From Candidatus Omnitrophota bacterium (GTDB lineage: Bacteria > Omnitrophota > Gorgyraeia > JAGLLT01), in assembly GCA_030632085.1 (NCBI GenBank), contig DAOVJY010000002.1:141325-205324 (forward strand): a stretch of 64,000 bases of DNA. The letters run 5' to 3'. Shown here piece by piece: positions 21,135 to 32,268 of this stretch (position 1 is the stretch's first letter; each line of letters begins with the position of its first letter). A program made the position numbers and the translations under genes. The notes below the pieces were generated by a model, which was given only the letters and a program-made list of their open reading frames with translations, had not been told where the DNA came from and searched no databases.

Positions 21135-21395
21135 ATGCAACTTCAGAAGAAAATAAAAATAAATAATGTAAGCGGGCTGCATGCCAGGCCGGCGGCCTTA
21201 TTTGTGCAAATAGCTAATAAATACGATAGCGAGATTATTTTAAAAAAAGATATCCAGGAAGTAAATGGTAAATCCATAATGGGGATTATGATGCTGGCGG
21301 CTGAGCATGGAAGTGAAATAATTCTGGAAGTTGAGGGAGATGATGCCCGGGAAGCCATGAAAGAGCTGGAAGAATTTTTAAAAAAGAAAAAATAA
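21135..21395 (+). CDS. ptsH: Phosphocarrier HPr
   Basis: GLHARPA (His15), NGKSIMG (Ser46). Confidence 0.95.
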   Translation: MQLQKKIKINNVSGLHARPAALFVQIANKYDSEIILKKDIQEVNGKSIMGIMMLAAEHGSEIILEVEGDDAREAMKELEEFLKKKK

Positions 21396-21419
21396 CAAAA
21401 ATATAAAAGAGGTTAAGAT

Positions 21420-23171
21420 ATGAATTTAAAAGGGATAGCCGCATCACCGGGTTTGGTAATTGGAACGGCGTATCTAGTAGACGATGAAAGCATGTCCGTT
21501 CCCAAAAGAAAAGTTCCTAAAGAAGAACTGCCTCTTGAAATAGCCAGGTTTGAAGAAGCGCTTATAAAAACACGTTCAGAAATCATTGAGATAAAAAACA
21601 AGATAATTGAAGAGCTTGGACATGAGCATGGTGAAATATTTGACGCGCACCTATTAGTTCTAGAAGATAGAGCTCTTATTGAAGAAGTAATTTCATCTTT
21701 AAAGAAAGATCTGTATTCGGCAGAATACGCTTTTTCTCAAGTTTTAGAAAGATATATAAGCGCGTTTATAAAAATTGATGATGAATATTTAAGAGAACGC
21801 TTAAGTGATATTCAGGATGTGGGACGAAGAATTCTTCATAATTTACTGGGAGGCCACCAGGCTTTACTTAAGGATTTAAAAAATGAGGTTGTGCTTGTGG
21901 CTTACGATTTATCTCCCAGTGACACGGCGTCTATGCCCAGGGATAAGATATTAGCTTTTGTAACTGATATCGGAGGCAGGACTTCGCACACGGCTATTAT
22001 GGCCCGCTCTTTGGAAATTCCCGCTGTTGTCGGTATAGAGACAGCCACAAAAGATGTTAAAAATGGTGATATTATAATTGTTGACGGTAGCGACGGATTA
22101 ATTTACGTTAATCCTAATAAGGCAACTATGCAGAAATTCAAAAGGAGCCAAAAAGAACGGACGGTTTTAGCAAGAGAATTAGCAAAGATAAAAGATTTAC
22201 CAGCCGAAACAATAGATAAGCACAAAATACAACTTTCAGCTAATATTGAGTTCCCGGAAGAAATACCTTCAATACAAGCTCATGGCGCTGATGGAATTGG
22301 GCTTTACAGGACAGAGTATTTTTATATGAACCGCGTCGGTTTACCTACCGAAGATGAACATTTTGAGGCCTATAAGAAAGTGGCTGTGCAGATGAAGTCC
22401 GAAATGGTTATAATTAGAACTATGGATTTGGGAGGAGATAAATTTATTTCCCAATTAGAAATCCCCAGAGAAATGAACCCCTTTTTAGGTTGGAGAGCCA
22501 TAAGGTTTTGCCTGGCTCGTCCGGATATATTTAAAATTCAGCTGCGGGCAATATTAAGAGCCAGCGTTTTCGGAAATCTAAAACTTATGTATCCTATGAT
22601 ATCCGGAGTTGAAGAAGTTAAAGAAGCCAATAAAATTCTAAAAAGCTGTAAAAAAGAGCTTGAAAAGGAAAATGTAAAGTTTAATAAAAACTTGAAGGCA
22701 GGCGTTATGATTGAAATTCCATCAGCCGCTTTGACAGCTGACATATTAGCTGATGAGGTTGATTTTTTCTCAATCGGAACTAACGATCTTATTCAGTATT
22801 CCATGGCGGTTGATAGGTCAAATGAAAAGATAGCCTATTTATATAATCCGGCTCACCCGGCAGTCTTAAGACTAATTCAGAATGTCATTAATATCGGGCA
22901 TAAAAAAGGTATTTGGGTAGGCATGTGCGGCGAAATGGCCGCCGATCCGGCAATGGCCTTACTTTTAGTCGGTATGGGCTTGGATGAATTTAGTGTTTCT
23001 CCTATAAGTGTTCCTACCGTAAAGAAGATGATTCGTTCCGTTAGTTTCAAAGAAGCTCAAAATATAGCAAAGCAAGCGTTAAAACTACCATCAGGTGATA
23101 AGATAAAAGTTTTTCTTAATAACAAGGCTAAAGAAATATGTCCGGAGTTATTATTATCAGGGAATAAGTAA
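21420..23171 (+). CDS. ptsI: PTS enzyme I (no GAF domain)
   Basis: GGRTSHTAI, GIGLYRTE, DLGGDK, NPFLGWR, SIGTNDL, MCGEMA. Confidence 0.97.
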   Translation: MNLKGIAASPGLVIGTAYLVDDESMSVPKRKVPKEELPLEIARFEEALIKTRSEIIEIKNKIIEELGHEHGEIFDAHLLVLEDRALIEEVISSLKKDLYSAEYAFSQVLERYISAFIKIDDEYLRERLSDIQDVGRRILHNLLGGHQALLKDLKNEVVLVAYDLSPSDTASMPRDKILAFVTDIGGRTSHTAIMARSLEIPAVVGIETATKDVKNGDIIIVDGSDGLIYVNPNKATMQKFKRSQKERTVLARELAKIKDLPAETIDKHKIQLSANIEFPEEIPSIQAHGADGIGLYRTEYFYMNRVGLPTEDEHFEAYKKVAVQMKSEMVIIRTMDLGGDKFISQLEIPREMNPFLGWRAIRFCLARPDIFKIQLRAILRASVFGNLKLMYPMISGVEEVKEANKILKSCKKELEKENVKFNKNLKAGVMIEIPSAALTADILADEVDFFSIGTNDLIQYSMAVDRSNEKIAYLYNPAHPAVLRLIQNVINIGHKKGIWVGMCGEMAADPAMALLLVGMGLDEFSVSPISVPTVKKMIRSVSFKEAQNIAKQALKLPSGDKIKVFLNNKAKEICPELLLSGNK

Positions 23172-24244
23172 TGGTTAAAAATTTAGATAGTTTAAAAAAT
23201 ATTAAAAAATATGATCAAAGCAATATGGCTTTAATTTTAGAAGCCTTTGCCTTGCAGTGCCGGGATGCTCTGGCTATCGCGGATAAAACAGTTATGCCCG
23301 CCGCTTATAAAAAGAAAGAATTTAGAAATATTGTATTTTGCGGTATGGGCGGCTCGGCCATTGGAGCTGATTTAATTAAAGATATCTTAAGAGATGAATT
23401 AAAAATACCGTTATTTGTTTGCCGGCAGTATACTTTACCGGCTTTTGTAAATAAGAGTTCTTTAGTTGTTATCTCGAGTTATTCCGGTAATACCGAGGAA
23501 ACATTATCCTGTTTTAGGGAGGCGCTAAAGAGAAAATCGGCTGTAGTGGTAATTGCCTCCGGAGGTAAACTGGAACGTTTATCAGAAGAACACAATTTGC
23601 CTTTTCTTAAAATTCACGCTGATTATCCTCCTCGGTGCGCTTTAGGTTTTTCTTTTTTCTGCGGGCTCAAGGTTTTAGGCAGGTTAAAGCTTATCAGAGA
23701 AATGTCTAAAGATATTTCAGAAACCGCGGAGATACTGGACGATTTGGGAGTGCTTATGGTACCGGCGGTAAAAACGGAACATAATGAACCTAAAAAGATT
23801 GCGCGGATGTTAGCTAATAAGTTTATTGTTATATATTCGTCTTCAGAGTTCAGTGAAGCCGTATCCGTACGTTTTAGAGAGCAGTTAGCTGAAAACAGTA
23901 AAACATTTTCCTCTATCAATTTTATCCCGGAATTAAACCACAATGAGATTGAAGGTTGGAATAAGCCGGCATCAATGTTAAAAAATACAGCTGTAATTAT
24001 GTTAGAAGACTGTGGCGCATCAAGAAAAATTAGACGCAGGTTTGATGTGACAAAAAAAGTAATTAAACCCACTGGGTGCAAAATTATTACATTAGTCGCG
24101 GTAGGAAAAAGTAAAATGGCTAAAATATTCGGTTTGATATATTTTTGCGATTGGCTGAGTTATTATTTGGCAATTATAAATAACGTTGACCCATATCCGG
24201 TGAAGAGGATTGAGAAGCTGAAAAAAGAATTGGCAAGGAGTTAG
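23171..24244 (+). CDS. Bifunctional phosphoglucose/phosphomannose isomerase
   Basis: GMGGS, SYSGNTEET, QLAENSK, PELNHNEIEG. Confidence 0.93.
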   Translation: MVKNLDSLKNIKKYDQSNMALILEAFALQCRDALAIADKTVMPAAYKKKEFRNIVFCGMGGSAIGADLIKDILRDELKIPLFVCRQYTLPAFVNKSSLVVISSYSGNTEETLSCFREALKRKSAVVVIASGGKLERLSEEHNLPFLKIHADYPPRCALGFSFFCGLKVLGRLKLIREMSKDISETAEILDDLGVLMVPAVKTEHNEPKKIARMLANKFIVIYSSSEFSEAVSVRFREQLAENSKTFSSINFIPELNHNEIEGWNKPASMLKNTAVIMLEDCGASRKIRRRFDVTKKVIKPTGCKIITLVAVGKSKMAKIFGLIYFCDWLSYYLAIINNVDPYPVKRIEKLKKELARS

Positions 24245-24247
24245 TTT

Positions 24248-24988
24248 ATGAAGGGAATTATTCTAGCCGCAGGTTACGCTACAAGGTTATATCCGTTAAC
24301 GAAGGATAAGTCAAAGCCGCTATTACCCGTAAAGGGTAAGCCGATAATAGATTATATTTTGAGAAAAATAGAAGGCCTGGCCGACCTGGACAAGGTTTAC
24401 GTTGTGACAAATGATAAGTTTTATAATGATTATCTTGAATGGTCGCGCAAAAGCCCCTTTTCTAAAGAGTTAGTTATTATTAATGATAATACCTTAGAAG
24501 ATGAAGCTAAGCTGGGTGCTATTGGGGATATAGATTATGTTCTAAAATCACAAGGTATTGAGGATGATATCCTGATTATCGCGGGCGATAATCTCTTTAA
24601 TTTTAATATTGCGTCGTTTGTGGAAAAAGGTTATAATGTAAAACCGTCCGCCTCTATGGGAATATATGATATTAAAGATATTAAAGCGGCGCATCTCTAT
24701 GGAATAGTGGCTTTAGATGAGAGAGGCTTAATAGTTGAATTTCAGGAGAAACCGGCTGAACCAAAAAGTACATTGGCGGCAGTAGGTGTTTATTTACTAC
24801 CAAATGATATAGCCCGGCTGATTCCCGATTATTTATCTGAAGGTAATAGCCCGGATCAACCGGGGCATTTTATGTCTTGGTTATCTAAGCAGGGTAAGTT
24901 GTACGGATTTGAGTTAACGGGTGATTGGTATGATATCGGTAGTATAGAATCTTACAATAAAGCGAATGAATCTTACGAGGAGGGTTAA
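24248..24988 (+). CDS. Sugar-phosphate nucleotidyltransferase family
   Basis: [29 protein letters not shown]. Confidence 0.9.
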   Translation: MKGIILAAGYATRLYPLTKDKSKPLLPVKGKPIIDYILRKIEGLADLDKVYVVTNDKFYNDYLEWSRKSPFSKELVIINDNTLEDEAKLGAIGDIDYVLKSQGIEDDILIIAGDNLFNFNIASFVEKGYNVKPSASMGIYDIKDIKAAHLYGIVALDERGLIVEFQEKPAEPKSTLAAVGVYLLPNDIARLIPDYLSEGNSPDQPGHFMSWLSKQGKLYGFELTGDWYDIGSIESYNKANESYEEG

Positions 24989-24990
24989 TT

Positions 24991-26142
24991 GTGTTTAAAA
25001 AGGATCCACATTTGTTCACTTCAGAATCAGTTACAGAAGGACATCCGGATAAAGTAGCTGACCAAATTTCGGACGCGGTTCTCGATGCTATTTATAAAGA
25101 AGACCCGGACGGTAGAGTTGCTTGCGAAACCCTGGTAACTACCGGGATAGCTTTTGTAGCCGGTGAAATTACAACTAATTGTTATGTAGATGTCCCTACT
25201 GTAGTAAGAAACACTTTGAAAGACATAGGTTATACTGAGCCGGAGTATGGATATGATTATAAAACTATTGGTGTTATTACCGCTATCCAGGCTCAGTCTA
25301 AGGATATAGCTATGGGTGTTAATACGGGCGGTGCCGGTGATCAGGGTATGATGTTTGGTTATGCTACAAATGAAACTAAAGAATTAATGCCTATGCCTAT
25401 CCTGCTGGCCCATAAACTTACCAGAGAATTAAGTAGGATTAGAAAAGAGAAAAAAGTAAGTTATCTCAGGCCGGATGGTAAATCCCAGGTTACTATAGAA
25501 TATGATAATGCCAAGCCTAAGAGAGTTGAGGCGGTTGTTTTAAGTGCCCACCATTCTCCTAAAGTAGACATTGAAACTGTAAGAAAAGATCTTAAGAAAA
25601 TGGTTATAGATACTATTATTCCGAAAGATTTAATTGATGATAAGACCAAGATTTATATTAATCCAACCGGTAGATTCGCGGTTGGAGGGCCTGTAGCCGA
25701 TACGGGCTTGACCGGCCGAAAGATTATCGTTGATACATACGGAGGTGTTGGGAGTCACGGCGGCGGTGCTTTCTCAGGTAAAGATCCGACGAAGGTTGAT
25801 AGGTCCGCTTCATACTACGCCAGGTATATAGCCAAAAATATAGTAGCCGCTAAACTGGCCGATAGATGTGAAGTTCAATTAGCGTATGCTATCGGTGTAG
25901 CTGAGCCGGTTTCAGTTATGATTAATACATTCGGCACGGGTAAAATATCCGATGTCGCTATAAATAAACTTGTGCGTAAAAATTTTGATATGACCCCAAG
26001 AAGCATAATTGAAGAGTTGCATTTAAAGAGGCCGATTTACAGGAAGACCGCGGCTTATGGCCATTTTGGCAGAGAAGATGAAGATGGTTTTAGCTGGGAG
26101 ATAACCGATAAAGCGCATATTTTAAAAAAGAGTATTAAATAA
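24991..26142 (+). CDS. metK: S-adenosylmethionine synthetase
   Basis: [25 protein letters not shown]. Confidence 0.99.
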   Translation: MFKKDPHLFTSESVTEGHPDKVADQISDAVLDAIYKEDPDGRVACETLVTTGIAFVAGEITTNCYVDVPTVVRNTLKDIGYTEPEYGYDYKTIGVITAIQAQSKDIAMGVNTGGAGDQGMMFGYATNETKELMPMPILLAHKLTRELSRIRKEKKVSYLRPDGKSQVTIEYDNAKPKRVEAVVLSAHHSPKVDIETVRKDLKKMVIDTIIPKDLIDDKTKIYINPTGRFAVGGPVADTGLTGRKIIVDTYGGVGSHGGGAFSGKDPTKVDRSASYYARYIAKNIVAAKLADRCEVQLAYAIGVAEPVSVMINTFGTGKISDVAINKLVRKNFDMTPRSIIEELHLKRPIYRKTAAYGHFGREDEDGFSWEITDKAHILKKSIK

Positions 26143-26179
26143 GTTTGTTTAAGAAATTAAAAAAAGGAGTATATATTAA

Positions 26180-27436
26180 ATGAAGTATGACATTAAAGAT
26201 ATTAAACTTGCTAAAAAAGGAAAATTAAGAATTGAGTGGGCCGAAGAACGCATGCCTGTATTGAAATTAATTAGAAAAAGATTTAAAAAGGAAAAACCTC
26301 TCAAGGGTACAACCGTTGCTTGCTGCCTGCATGTGACGACAGAAACGGCTAATTTAGCTATAGCTTTAAAGGATGGCGGCGCTAATGTATCTGTCTGCGC
26401 TTCTAATCCTTTAAGTACTCAGGATGATGTAACGGCATCTTTGGTTAAAGATTATAAAATCCCTACGTTTGCAATAACCGGTGAGGATAATAAATCTTAT
26501 TATTCTCATATTAACGCTGTTTTAGATATGAAGCCTAATGTAACCATGGATGACGGAGCTGATCTTGTATCTACAATACATAAAAAAAGGCAGGACTTAG
26601 TTAAATATATTTTGGCCGGCACGGAAGAGACGACAACAGGTGTTATCAGGTTAAGAAGCCTGCAGAATGAAGGCTGTCTAATGTTTCCCGTATTTGCCAT
26701 TAATGACGCGCAGACAAAACACTTTTTTGATAACCGCTATGGTACCGGGCAATCAACCATTGATGGTATCTTAAGAGCGACAAATATTCTTTTAGCAGGT
26801 ACTAAATTTGTTGTTGCCGGATACGGTTGGTGTGGTAGGGGTGTTGCTATGCGGGCCAGAGGTATGGGTGCTAATGTTATCGTCTGCGAAGTAGATTCTT
26901 TAAAAGCCCTTGAGGCGCTAATGGACGGATATGACGTTATGCCTATGGATGAAGCGGCTCAGATTGGTGATGTTTTTCTCTCGACTACCGGTGATATACA
27001 TGTAGTTGATGTGAAGCATTTTAAGAAGATGAAAGACGGTGCTATTGTCGCGAATTCAGGCCACTTTGACGTTGAGATTAATATACCCGGCTTAAAGAAA
27101 ATAAGTAAGTCGAAAAGACGTATTAAAGAATTTGTAGATGAATACACTCTTAAAGATGGCAGAAGGATAAATATACTCGGTGAGGGCAGACTGATAAACT
27201 TAGCTTCAGCCGAAGGCCATCCGGCCAGTGTTATGGATATGAGCTTTGCTAATCAGGCCTTAACCTGCGAGTTTATTAAAAAGAATTACAAGCAATTTAA
27301 GAAAGAAGTCTACCGTGTACCTACTAAAATTGATGCGAATGTCGCCAAATTAAAATTGAAAGCCATGGGTATTAAGATTGATAATCTTACAAAAGAGCAA
27401 AAAGAGTATTTAGCCTCATGGCATATAGGTACGTAA
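26180..27436 (+). CDS. ahcY: Adenosylhomocysteinase
   Basis: [40 protein letters not shown]. Confidence 0.98.
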   Translation: MKYDIKDIKLAKKGKLRIEWAEERMPVLKLIRKRFKKEKPLKGTTVACCLHVTTETANLAIALKDGGANVSVCASNPLSTQDDVTASLVKDYKIPTFAITGEDNKSYYSHINAVLDMKPNVTMDDGADLVSTIHKKRQDLVKYILAGTEETTTGVIRLRSLQNEGCLMFPVFAINDAQTKHFFDNRYGTGQSTIDGILRATNILLAGTKFVVAGYGWCGRGVAMRARGMGANVIVCEVDSLKALEALMDGYDVMPMDEAAQIGDVFLSTTGDIHVVDVKHFKKMKDGAIVANSGHFDVEINIPGLKKISKSKRRIKEFVDEYTLKDGRRINILGEGRLINLASAEGHPASVMDMSFANQALTCEFIKKNYKQFKKEVYRVPTKIDANVAKLKLKAMGIKIDNLTKEQKEYLASWHIGT

Positions 27437-27440
27437 AAAC

Positions 27441-27591
27441 AGGATTAAGAATTAAGGATTAAGGATTAAGTAAAAAACCAAAATAAACATTGGGTGTAAA
27501 ATCGGGAATTAAGAAAAAACTTAATCCTTAGAGCGAACAAAGTGAGCGTCTTAATTCTTAGAGTGAGCGAATGCGAACGTCTTAATTCTTA
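27441..27591. repeat. AGGATTA heptamer tract followed by inverted copies carrying two hairpin modules
   Basis: aggatta agaatta aggatta aggatta ... ttaatcctta-gagcgaacaaagtgagcgtc-ttaattctta-gagtgagcgaatgcgaacgtc-ttaattctta. Confidence 0.85.
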
Positions 27592-27606
27592 TTGAGGTAT
27601 AATGAA

Positions 27607-28584
27607 ATGATGGAAAAGAGAATAAAGAAGATAGGTGTCATTACAAGCGGAGGAGATTGTTCCGGGATGAATGCCGCCTTGCGCAGTGTTGTCCGCTGCG
27701 CCATTTATAATGGCATTGAAGTCGTTGGTTTTTATAATGCCTATGCCGGATTAGTCAGGAACGAATGTATAAAAATGACGCGTCGTTCGGTTAGTAATAT
27801 AATTGGCCATGGAGGCACTATATTAAAAACCGAAAGATTTGATAAATTTAAAGAAAAAAAGTGGCAGAAAAAAGCGGTTGACGTTCTTAAAAAGAATAAA
27901 GTTGATGCCCTGGTTGTAATAGGAGGCAACGGTTCCTTCGCGGCCGCACACATATTAAGTAAAAATTGGGGTATAACTACTATAGGTATACCGGCTACGA
28001 TTGATAACGATATAAATGGTTCAGATTATGCTGTGGGTACATTTACAGCTGTTAATGTGGCCCTTGAGGCGATTGATAAAATTAGAGATACGGCTACAAG
28101 TATGGAGAGAATTTTTGTAGTGGAGGTTATGGGGCGTAAAGAAGGTTATATTGCTTCTTTGGTTGGTTTAGCCGGAGGAGTCGAAGATATTCTTTTACCT
28201 GAAAAACCTATCCATTTAGAGGAGATGTGCCGGGATATTATAAATGGCCGTAAAAGGGGCAAAAAAAGCTGGATAATTGTTGTTGCTGAAGGAGCCGGCA
28301 GAGCTCTTGATGTAGCTGATGCTATTACTTTAAAAACAGGTTTTGAGACTAGAGTTGTAGTTTTGGGCCATGTCCAGCGCGGCGGAGTTCCGAGTGCTTT
28401 TGATAGATCTTTAGCGTCCCGCTTTGGAGCGAAGGCTATAGAACTTCTACTTGAAGGCAAAACAGATAAAACCACTGCTATTCAGGCCAATGAAATAACT
28501 TCAATTGCGCTGGCAACCGCTATTAAACCGATCAAAAAGAGTAATTCCGAAATATATAAATTAACACGTATTTTAGCCAGCTAA
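27607..28584 (+). CDS. pfkA: ATP-dependent 6-phosphofructokinase
   Basis: TSGGD, GGNGS, PATIDND, VEVMGR, LGHVQRGG. Confidence 0.95.
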   Translation: MMEKRIKKIGVITSGGDCSGMNAALRSVVRCAIYNGIEVVGFYNAYAGLVRNECIKMTRRSVSNIIGHGGTILKTERFDKFKEKKWQKKAVDVLKKNKVDALVVIGGNGSFAAAHILSKNWGITTIGIPATIDNDINGSDYAVGTFTAVNVALEAIDKIRDTATSMERIFVVEVMGRKEGYIASLVGLAGGVEDILLPEKPIHLEEMCRDIINGRKRGKKSWIIVVAEGAGRALDVADAITLKTGFETRVVVLGHVQRGGVPSAFDRSLASRFGAKAIELLLEGKTDKTTAIQANEITSIALATAIKPIKKSNSEIYKLTRILAS

Positions 28585-28612
28585 CCTTATATTAATGAAA
28601 AGGAGTTTTAGG

Positions 28613-30001
28613 ATGTTATTTTCCAAAGTTGATGAAGTTTTATCATCTGTTGACGGAGTATTATCAGTTTCAGAAAAGGAAGTAAAAGTTTTAAATGAAA
28701 ACAGGCTTAAGGATGAGCTTATTGACAGATTGGTTTATAACGCGGCTCTTTCTGATAATCAGGACATAAAAGAGTTGTCCTGCTGGTTAATTCGCAGCGC
28801 GGCAGAAGGGCTAGGCATTATATGTTCATCAATTCAAGGATTATATGAAGCCCGAGGCAGAGAGGAATACAAGGATATGAGTGTTCCCGCTGTTAATTTA
28901 AGGGGATTGACATATGATTTATCAAGGGCTCTTTTCAGATGTGGCCTAAAAAATAATTCACTTAGTTTTATTTTTGAAATAGCCAAATCAGAGATAGCTT
29001 ATACTATGCAGAGTCCATCTGAATATAGTGCTGTTATATTAGCCGCTGCCATAAAAGAGAACTATAGAGGCCCGGTTTTTATTCAGGCCGACCATGTTCA
29101 AGTTAAGAGTAAAAATTTCCTCAGCGATAGAGCTAAAGAAATAGACTGTTTAAAAAATGTAATAAAAAAAGAATTAGACGCGGGCTTTTATAATATAGAT
29201 ATAGATTCTTCAACCTTGGTTGACCTGGATAAAGAAACAGTTGACGAGCAGCAGAGCTTTAATTATGAAGTCGCGGCGGAACTTACAGACTATATTAGAA
29301 AACACCAACCCAAGGGTATTGAAGTATCAGTTGGTGGAGAAATAGGTGAGGTTGGTTCTAAGAATTCGACCCCCGAAGAGTTGAAGGTTTTTATGGATGG
29401 TTATAATAAGAAGCTTAAGGAAATTGATGTAAATGCCAAGGGCATCAGTAAGATAAGTGTTCAGACGGGCACTTCTCATGGCGGTGTTGTTTTAGCTGAT
29501 GGCAGTGTAGCCGAAGTCAAAGTTGATTTTGCCACCCTGGAAACACTTTCAAAAATAGCAAGAGAGGATTATGGTTTAGGGGGAGCGGTTCAGCATGGAG
29601 CTTCCACATTACCCCAAGAAGCATTTAATAAATTTACTAAAACGCAAACTTTAGAAGTCCATTTGGCGACCGGTTTTCAAAATACGGTTTATGAGAGTAA
29701 AAATTTACCAAACGAATTAAGAAAAGAAGTTTACGATTATTTAAAATCAGAATTAGCCTCCCAAAGAAAAGAGGGACAAACGGATGAGCAGTTTATATAT
29801 ACCCTCAGAAAAAAGGGATTCGGGCCTTTTAAGAAAGAATTTATGGATTTACCATGTGATACCAGAGATGCCATCAGCGCTGAAGTAGAAGCTGAATTTG
29901 ACTTTCTTTTTAAGCAAATGAACGTCGTTAATACTAAAGAACTTGTTTTAAAGCATGTAACTCTCATCAAAAGCAAAACTACTTGTCCGGTGTCAATTTA
30001 A
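28613..30001 (+). CDS. fba: Class II fructose-bisphosphate aldolase-like (long form)
   Basis: QADH, GGEIGEVG, QTGTSHGG, VQHGASTLP; follows pfkA. Confidence 0.85.
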   Translation: MLFSKVDEVLSSVDGVLSVSEKEVKVLNENRLKDELIDRLVYNAALSDNQDIKELSCWLIRSAAEGLGIICSSIQGLYEARGREEYKDMSVPAVNLRGLTYDLSRALFRCGLKNNSLSFIFEIAKSEIAYTMQSPSEYSAVILAAAIKENYRGPVFIQADHVQVKSKNFLSDRAKEIDCLKNVIKKELDAGFYNIDIDSSTLVDLDKETVDEQQSFNYEVAAELTDYIRKHQPKGIEVSVGGEIGEVGSKNSTPEELKVFMDGYNKKLKEIDVNAKGISKISVQTGTSHGGVVLADGSVAEVKVDFATLETLSKIAREDYGLGGAVQHGASTLPQEAFNKFTKTQTLEVHLATGFQNTVYESKNLPNELRKEVYDYLKSELASQRKEGQTDEQFIYTLRKKGFGPFKKEFMDLPCDTRDAISAEVEAEFDFLFKQMNVVNTKELVLKHVTLIKSKTTCPVSI

Positions 30002-30002
30002 T

Positions 30003-30082
30003 TAAGTCACAAGACACAGGTCACAAGTATAAAATCATAAGTTACAAGGAAGAAACAAAAAAACGGTCGCTGTCCCTATTTT
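30003..30082. repeat. AAGTCAC-family heptamers plus an imperfect palindrome between convergent genes
   Basis: aagtcac aagacac aggtcac aagtata aaatcat aagttac; aaaaacggtcgctgtccctatttt. Confidence 0.7.
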
Positions 30083-31170
30083 TACTTAGATATTTTTGAA
30101 AGCATAATGATACCGGCGACTGAAAATATTATGTTCGCTAACCAGCTTGATATAAAAGGCGGTAGAAATCCGGCCTTGCCCATAGCAACGCTGGTTATTA
30201 AGATTACGTAGTAGAAGAAACTTATCCCCAAACCCATACCTATATACACAAAAGTTCCACTTCTATTTTTTAAGAGAGCAAAAGGAAGGCCTGCTAAGAT
30301 AATGACAAAACTTACAAGAGAGAATGAAACTTTATTGTATAAATCAATAAGTATACCTGCCGGAGCGCGATTATTCTTAGCTAGTTTTTTAGCATAACGA
30401 TGAAGTTCAAAAACACTCATGAATTGCGTCTGATGTTTTGAGCGGGCAAAATCCTTTGGTTTCTCGTTAGGCGGCCAAACCTTTTCTTTAAAGTAAGCCG
30501 GAGCCCCTTCTCTGGCACCAGCTTTGCTTAACCTATAAATAGCGCAGTTATACAGCACCCATTTATCATCAGTATATTTAGCGCTATCAGCCGTAATTCT
30601 GGCAGTTAAATCTCCCCGGTCATTATGCTGGAGAATTATTAAACCTTCCAGAGTTTTAGTCTTAGTGTTATAACTTTTTGCGTAATATATTCGATAATCA
30701 ACACCATACAATGTTACGTCTTTTATAATTTCTAACTGTTCATCTTTTCCCGGTTTTTCAATTTGTTCATTTTTTATTGTATTGTATTTTTGATAGGCAT
30801 TAGGGACATATTCGTTATCTACGATAAATGATAAAAGGCTTATAATCAAACCCATAAATAAGTAGGGCGCGATGATTGAAAATGTGCTTATACCGGCCGC
30901 TTTCATAGCAATGATTTCATTTTGCCGGTTTAATGTTCCCAGGCTATAGAGAGTAGCTAGAAGAGCAGATATGGGGGTTACAATGGTAAAAATTGAAGGG
31001 AGAAAAGCGCTATAATACTGCAGTAAAACTTTCACGCTCACTTGTTGTTTAATGATATCATCTAAATTGGCAAAAAGGTCGATTACTATAAACAGAAAAA
31101 GGAAAAGAGTGAGGCAGAATAAAAAAACGGGAATAAATTCCTTGAAGATATGCTTATCTATAAGTTTCAT
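30082..31170 (-). CDS. lptG: LPS export permease LptG
   Basis: YjgP/Q family; LNRQNEIIAMKAAGIS, ~6 TM helices, WLANIIF. Confidence 0.88.
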   Translation of the reverse strand: MKLIDKHIFKEFIPVFLFCLTLFLFLFIVIDLFANLDDIIKQQVSVKVLLQYYSAFLPSIFTIVTPISALLATLYSLGTLNRQNEIIAMKAAGISTFSIIAPYLFMGLIISLLSFIVDNEYVPNAYQKYNTIKNEQIEKPGKDEQLEIIKDVTLYGVDYRIYYAKSYNTKTKTLEGLIILQHNDRGDLTARITADSAKYTDDKWVLYNCAIYRLSKAGAREGAPAYFKEKVWPPNEKPKDFARSKHQTQFMSVFELHRYAKKLAKNNRAPAGILIDLYNKVSFSLVSFVIILAGLPFALLKNRSGTFVYIGMGLGISFFYYVILITSVAMGKAGFLPPFISSWLANIIFSVAGIIMLSKISK

Positions 31171-31177
31171 CTATTTT

Positions 31178-32266
31178 TTATCTTTCAACCGTTTTCACAA
31201 TCAGTATTAAGCCCGTGATAATCAGTGTTATATTCGGCAGCCAGGTACCTATCAGGGGTGAGAGAATTCCTCTGGCGGCCATAGCGCTTCCGGCCGCTAA
31301 AAGTACATAATAAAGTATAATGATAATCAGTCCTATTGCAAAGCCCGCCAGCTTAGAACCTTTTTTTGTTTTAATAGCCAGCGGAAGAGCAATGATTACG
31401 AAGGCTAAATTAGCAAAGGCCAATGAAACTTTTTTGTGGACCTCAATAACAAGTTCTATGGGGTCGACGTTGAATTTTTTCAAATTTGCAATCTTATCTT
31501 TCAGCTCTTTGATATTCATGTCTTTAGGTTTTTTCTGAATTTTAGCCGGCTGTGTTTTGGAAAGATCAAGGGTTATATAATATGTTTTAAATTTAAGTTG
31601 ATAAAAGTCATTCGGATTGTCCGGGTCCGGTTCGTCGGAACTACCATCAATTAATTTGAGTTTTATCATATTCTTATTTTTTACGGGTACAAATTCACCT
31701 TCGCGGGCGACAATTGTTCGAGGAGGCTTATCGGGCCTGGTTTCAAATATTTTTATCCCTTTAAGTTTATTTTTTTTAACACTGTCTACAAAAACGATGT
31801 GTTTATCAAAATGGATAAATGTTCCATCATCAATACAACTTACCGGATTTGAAGCGGCAATTTTCATTAAAATAAGCCGGGAAGTAAAATGGGCGGCGGT
31901 AGCTATGCGATCGTTTAAGATTACAGAAAATAAACTGAAAATTATACCGACTACAATAATTGGATAAATTATCCTGTAGAGGCTAAAACCACTGGCTGTC
32001 ATCGCCAGTATTTCGTTATCAGAGGATATGCGCCCGAAGCTAAGCAAGATAGCCATCAGCAATGATATTGGCAGGGCATATCTTAATAAATAGGGAATCC
32101 AGGTACCGAATAATTTTAAAATATCAAAAAGAGATACACCGGGTGCTATAATTTTATCTGCCTGATGAATGAGATTAGCTACAAGCATGATAAACATCAA
32201 AACAGACAATGAAAGTATAAAAGGCCCGCCTACTTCTTTTAGAACGTAATTTCTAAGTATTCTCAT
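31178..32266 (-). CDS. lptF: LPS export permease LptF
   Basis: GRISSDNEILAMTASG, EVHKKVSL, WLPNI. Confidence 0.88.
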   Translation of the reverse strand: MRILRNYVLKEVGGPFILSLSVLMFIMLVANLIHQADKIIAPGVSLFDILKLFGTWIPYLLRYALPISLLMAILLSFGRISSDNEILAMTASGFSLYRIIYPIIVVGIIFSLFSVILNDRIATAAHFTSRLILMKIAASNPVSCIDDGTFIHFDKHIVFVDSVKKNKLKGIKIFETRPDKPPRTIVAREGEFVPVKNKNMIKLKLIDGSSDEPDPDNPNDFYQLKFKTYYITLDLSKTQPAKIQKKPKDMNIKELKDKIANLKKFNVDPIELVIEVHKKVSLAFANLAFVIIALPLAIKTKKGSKLAGFAIGLIIIILYYVLLAAGSAMAARGILSPLIGTWLPNITLIITGLILIVKTVER

Positions 32267-32268
32267 TA

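Noticed and set aside
27607-28584. PPi-dependent PFK because of GGNGS
   Set aside because: Gly at the 104-equivalent position and PATIDND rather than PKTIDND indicate the ordinary ATP-dependent type
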